Origin: Leucoraja ocellata
Lineage: Eukaryota
Direction: 5' to 3'
Length of the DNA stretch: 64,000 nucleotides
Assembly: GCA_036785375.1 (NCBI GenBank)
Contig: JAWMAR010000070.1
Span: 4,526,001 to 4,590,000, forward strand
Shown in pieces: positions 61,201-64,000 of the stretch. The translations under genes and the position numbers were made by a program. The notes under the pieces are model-generated. The model was not told the DNA's origin, ran no database searches, and was given only the letters and a program-made list of their open reading frames with translations. Every line of letters starts with the position of its first letter. Within the stretch, counting starts at the first letter, position 1.

Positions 61201-64000
61201 ACATGAGTCCCCAGAACTCAACAGACTGCGTTCGGTCCTCCCAGAGCAGGCCAGCCCATTCCCCGCCCACACCTCAGAGATCACGCCACCCCCCCCCCCC
61301 CCCCCCACCCCGATCCCCACCTCGCTCTCTCTCTCTCACCCTCCCTCTGACCCGTCAACTCGTCCTTTCCCACCCGAACCACCCGTGCCCAGGTACCTTC
61401 CCCGACAACTGCAGCGGATGCAACACCTGTCCCTATACCTCCTCCGTCCATTCCGTCCAAGGACTCCAACAGTCTTTTCAGGTGAGGCAGAGGTTCACTT
61501 GCATCTCCTCTAGCCTCATCTATTCTATCCGCTGTTCCAGGTGTGAACAAGTAGATACAGTAGATGGGAGACCAAGCGCAGACTCGGCGATCGTTTCGCT
61601 GAACAACTCCGCTCAGTCTGCCACGGCCTACGCTAATTCCGGTTTGCTAAACACTTTAACCCCCCTCCCATTCCCAAATTCACCTTTCTGTCCTGGACCT
61701 CCTCCACTGTTAGAGTGAGGCCAAACGCAAATTGGAGGAACAGCGCCTCATATTTCGCTTGGGTAGCTTATAACCCAGCCGTTTAAATATTGACTTCTCA
61801 AACTTCAAGTAACCGTTGTTGTACCCCTGTCTCAATCCCGCCCTAGTTCTCCATTTAGATTCACTGTCCTCTTCATTATATGTTACAGATTGTATGCCTC
61901 GTTGTCACCTTCCCTTCGTCTGACAATGATCCATTCTGCATTTCCGTTTAACATTGTCAACTTTTAGCACTTGTTTTCACTCCTTATTTCTTCCATGACT
62001 ATTCTGTCACCCTAGACTTGACTCTCAGGCTGAAGAAGGGTCTCGACCCGATTCTACCCCCATTCCTTCTCTCGAGAGATGCTGCCTGCCCTGCAGAGTT
62101 ACTCCAGCATTTTGTGTCTATCTTAAAGGGATCGTAATTAATTTTCGCCTTTAAATTCCAAGGCATTGAACAGGGTTTTTGGTACGCTGGTCTTCATCAG
62201 TGAGAACATTCAGAACATAATTTGAGATATTCTGCTTCAGACGTGCAGATGTTGAGTCCACGCTTTGGGAATTATGTTCAGCTTTAGTCCCTCAGTTCCA
62301 AGAAAAGTGCCGTTGAGGTGGACAGCGTGCAGAAAGGTTTTAGGGCGACGCTGCCTGGACAGGATGTGATTGACGCAGGGAGCGATTGGACAAACTCAGA
62401 CTTCATTCCTTGGTGTGGAAATGATTGAGCGAGGAACTTATAGAAATATATCAATCACGAGAAGCATGTTCATTTTCCCACGATGTGTGGGATGAGGAAG
62501 TGGAGGACAGAGGTAATGGGAACTATTTAAAGAGGGGGGAATAGTAAGGTGTCACTTACTGTAAATGGCATGTAAGGTGTCACTTACTGTAATGGCATGT
62601 TTCGTACAGATGAGTGGCCGAAGCTGAACACAATTCGCCCAAGTTCGACCTCAACAACATATGTACAACTGAAACATAACATCCCAACTTCTGTTCTGAG
62701 GGACAACATTGTCCACGCATTGGGTGATATTTATATGGAACCTGCTGCCAGAGGAAGTTGTTGAGGCAGTTAGAATATTAGCAGTTAAAATACATTTTGG
62801 ACAGTTGCGTAGATTGGGATCATTGCGAGTGATGAGGGAGAAACGTGGACATATGGCTATGGACTAGAAAGACATGTTGGTCGGCATGAATGAGCTGTTG
62901 TGATGGGCATATTTCGGTTCTCTATAACTCTAACCTTCTTCGGTTTCTGGGCTTCGCACACTCACAGAGATGTAGATGAGCCGGTGAGATATCAACCGGA
63001 CGGTTCGGGCTGAGATAAAGGGCTGCTGAGATTTAGCATGTGTTTGGTTTTTAACTGTTCATACAGGTGACTGAATGTTTGCTCCATTCCCACAGAACCC
63101 GTGTCTGCTCCTGTGCTCAGATATCTGTCACCAGCAAATGCCTCACGTCTCGGAGGCTCAGTGTCAGTGTCCTGTGCGTCTGTCAGTGGATCCCTTCCTA
63201 TCCGTTACACATGGTGTGAGAAGAACGAGCATGGGTGGTCAACGATCTTGTATGGCAATCAACTGGATCTGAGTTGTGAAATCCTCGCCGGCCAACACCG
63301 TCAATATTACTGCACAGCCTCAAATAATCATGGGACAAAATCCAGTGAAATACTCAACGTGAAAGTCTTCAAACGAGAAGGAACGTGCATTTATGTGACA
63401 GAAATGAACAATGCAGGTGAGTGTTAACTCATTCACCCTTGGGTGAACCATTCACCAGTTTAAGAAGCACTGGCCTAGGCCACAGTTTCGCTGAACACTT
63501 GTGCTTGGTCTGTCATGACCCAGAATCCCGCTTGAAAGACACCCCATTTTCAACCTCCCCCGCTGATGCAGAGCAGCAGCAGTTTACACCATCTGCACGA
63601 TGCACTGCAGCAACTCACCAAGACTCCCTAGACAGCGCCTTCCAATTGCAACAGGCTCCGTGTCCAATGCATCATTCTTCACCATTCACACCCACATTGG
63701 CTGGGAAGCGCTTTGGAACGACCTGTACAGGTGGTAAGGGACAGTGTACAGTAACTGTCTCTCATCGCAATCTAGGTGGAATTCAACACAGCTAAGAAAA
63801 TGATTGGGCGGAGTCCCTTGTATACTAGAATGTGTATGTTTGTGAAAGGCTAATTTTGCTCTTCAATTTATCAAAGATGCTTCCTTTAGTTTCAGGTGCA
63901 CTATGGGCTGAGAGCGAAGTAAGAGGGGTTGTGGGAAGAGCGATCACAATCGATTTTCACTATGCAGCAGTGTACCGCTCACACACAAAATACTGGTGCC
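52249..64000 (+). CDS. Gene D (partial): multi-domain MDIR-type receptor; leader 52249-52285, V1 52795-53115, C2 55187-55507, V2 56640-56957, C2 59173-59493, V3 60527-60844, C2 63096-63416, V4 63890 to window end
   Basis: All complete exons are open, phase 1/1 and GT-AG; no further leader, stalk or TM exon seen between modules. Confidence 0.85.
52795..53115 (+). CDS. Gene D V1 exon
   Basis: 321 nt; DCHY..KYWC..QC..WYRC. Confidence 0.94.
55187..55507 (+). CDS. Gene D C2 exon 1 (internal type)
   Basis: 321 nt; SRLGGSVSVSCES..WCERNERGC..YYC. Confidence 0.93.
56640..56957 (+). CDS. Gene D V2 exon
   Basis: 318 nt, intact motifs. Confidence 0.93.
59173..59493 (+). CDS. Gene D C2 exon 2 (internal type)
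   Basis: 321 nt, intact. Confidence 0.93.
60527..60844 (+). CDS. Gene D V3 exon
   Basis: 318 nt, intact motifs. Confidence 0.93.
63096..63416 (+). CDS. Gene D C2 exon 3 (internal type)
   Basis: 321 nt, open; one loop Cys replaced by Trp. Confidence 0.92.
63890..64000 (+). CDS. Gene D V4 exon (truncated by window end; B-strand Cys replaced by Phe)
   Basis: tttag|TTTCAGGTGCACTATGG..ATC GAT TTT CAC TAT..AAA TAC TGG TGC. Confidence 0.85.

Larger units (their letters stand above)
53330..64000 (+). repeat. Tandem duplication of a 3.4-3.9 kb (C2-V) unit, about 3 copies
   Basis: V exon starts at 52795, 56640, 60527, 63890; introns, including Penelope and CR1 remnants, repeat colinearly. Confidence 0.95.

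Noticed and set aside
7243-63416. V exons as rearranging Ig/TCR segments
   Set aside because: Each exon encodes a full domain including the G strand and ends at a splice donor; no heptamer-spacer-nonamer RSS seen next to them

Overview
Eukaryotic, intron-rich vertebrate DNA. The repeat content suggests a cartilaginous fish, probably a skate or ray (inference). The window is a tandem cluster of immunoglobulin-superfamily receptor genes with CD300/CMRF35/pIgR-like V domains plus C2/I-type domains, matching the skate 'modular domain immune-type receptor' (MDIR) family. I reconstructed exons by hand from splice sites and codon phase. Gene A (minus, 29-9679) is L-V-C2-stalk-TM-cyt-cyt, 320 aa, with no signalling motif. 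Next come an orphan leader (15277) and a pseudogene (17490-20682) with an activating-type Arg TM. Gene B (plus, 21549-33280, 335 aa) has an ITIM one base out of frame just after its stop. Gene C (38127-48428) is (V-C2)x2 with an Arg TM and frameshifts in its first module. Gene D (52249 to beyond 64000) is an expanding tandem array of at least 7 Ig exons, (V-C2)x3-V. Introns carry a near-complete Penelope-like element with target-site duplication and hammerhead core, L1/CR1/Rex1/L2 fragments, tRNA-derived SINEs, a Helitron-like element and an antisense U6 snRNA fragment. Two assembly gaps (6041-6523, 8092-8291) fall in gene A introns. Most short ORFs in the supplied track are repeat-derived or spurious.
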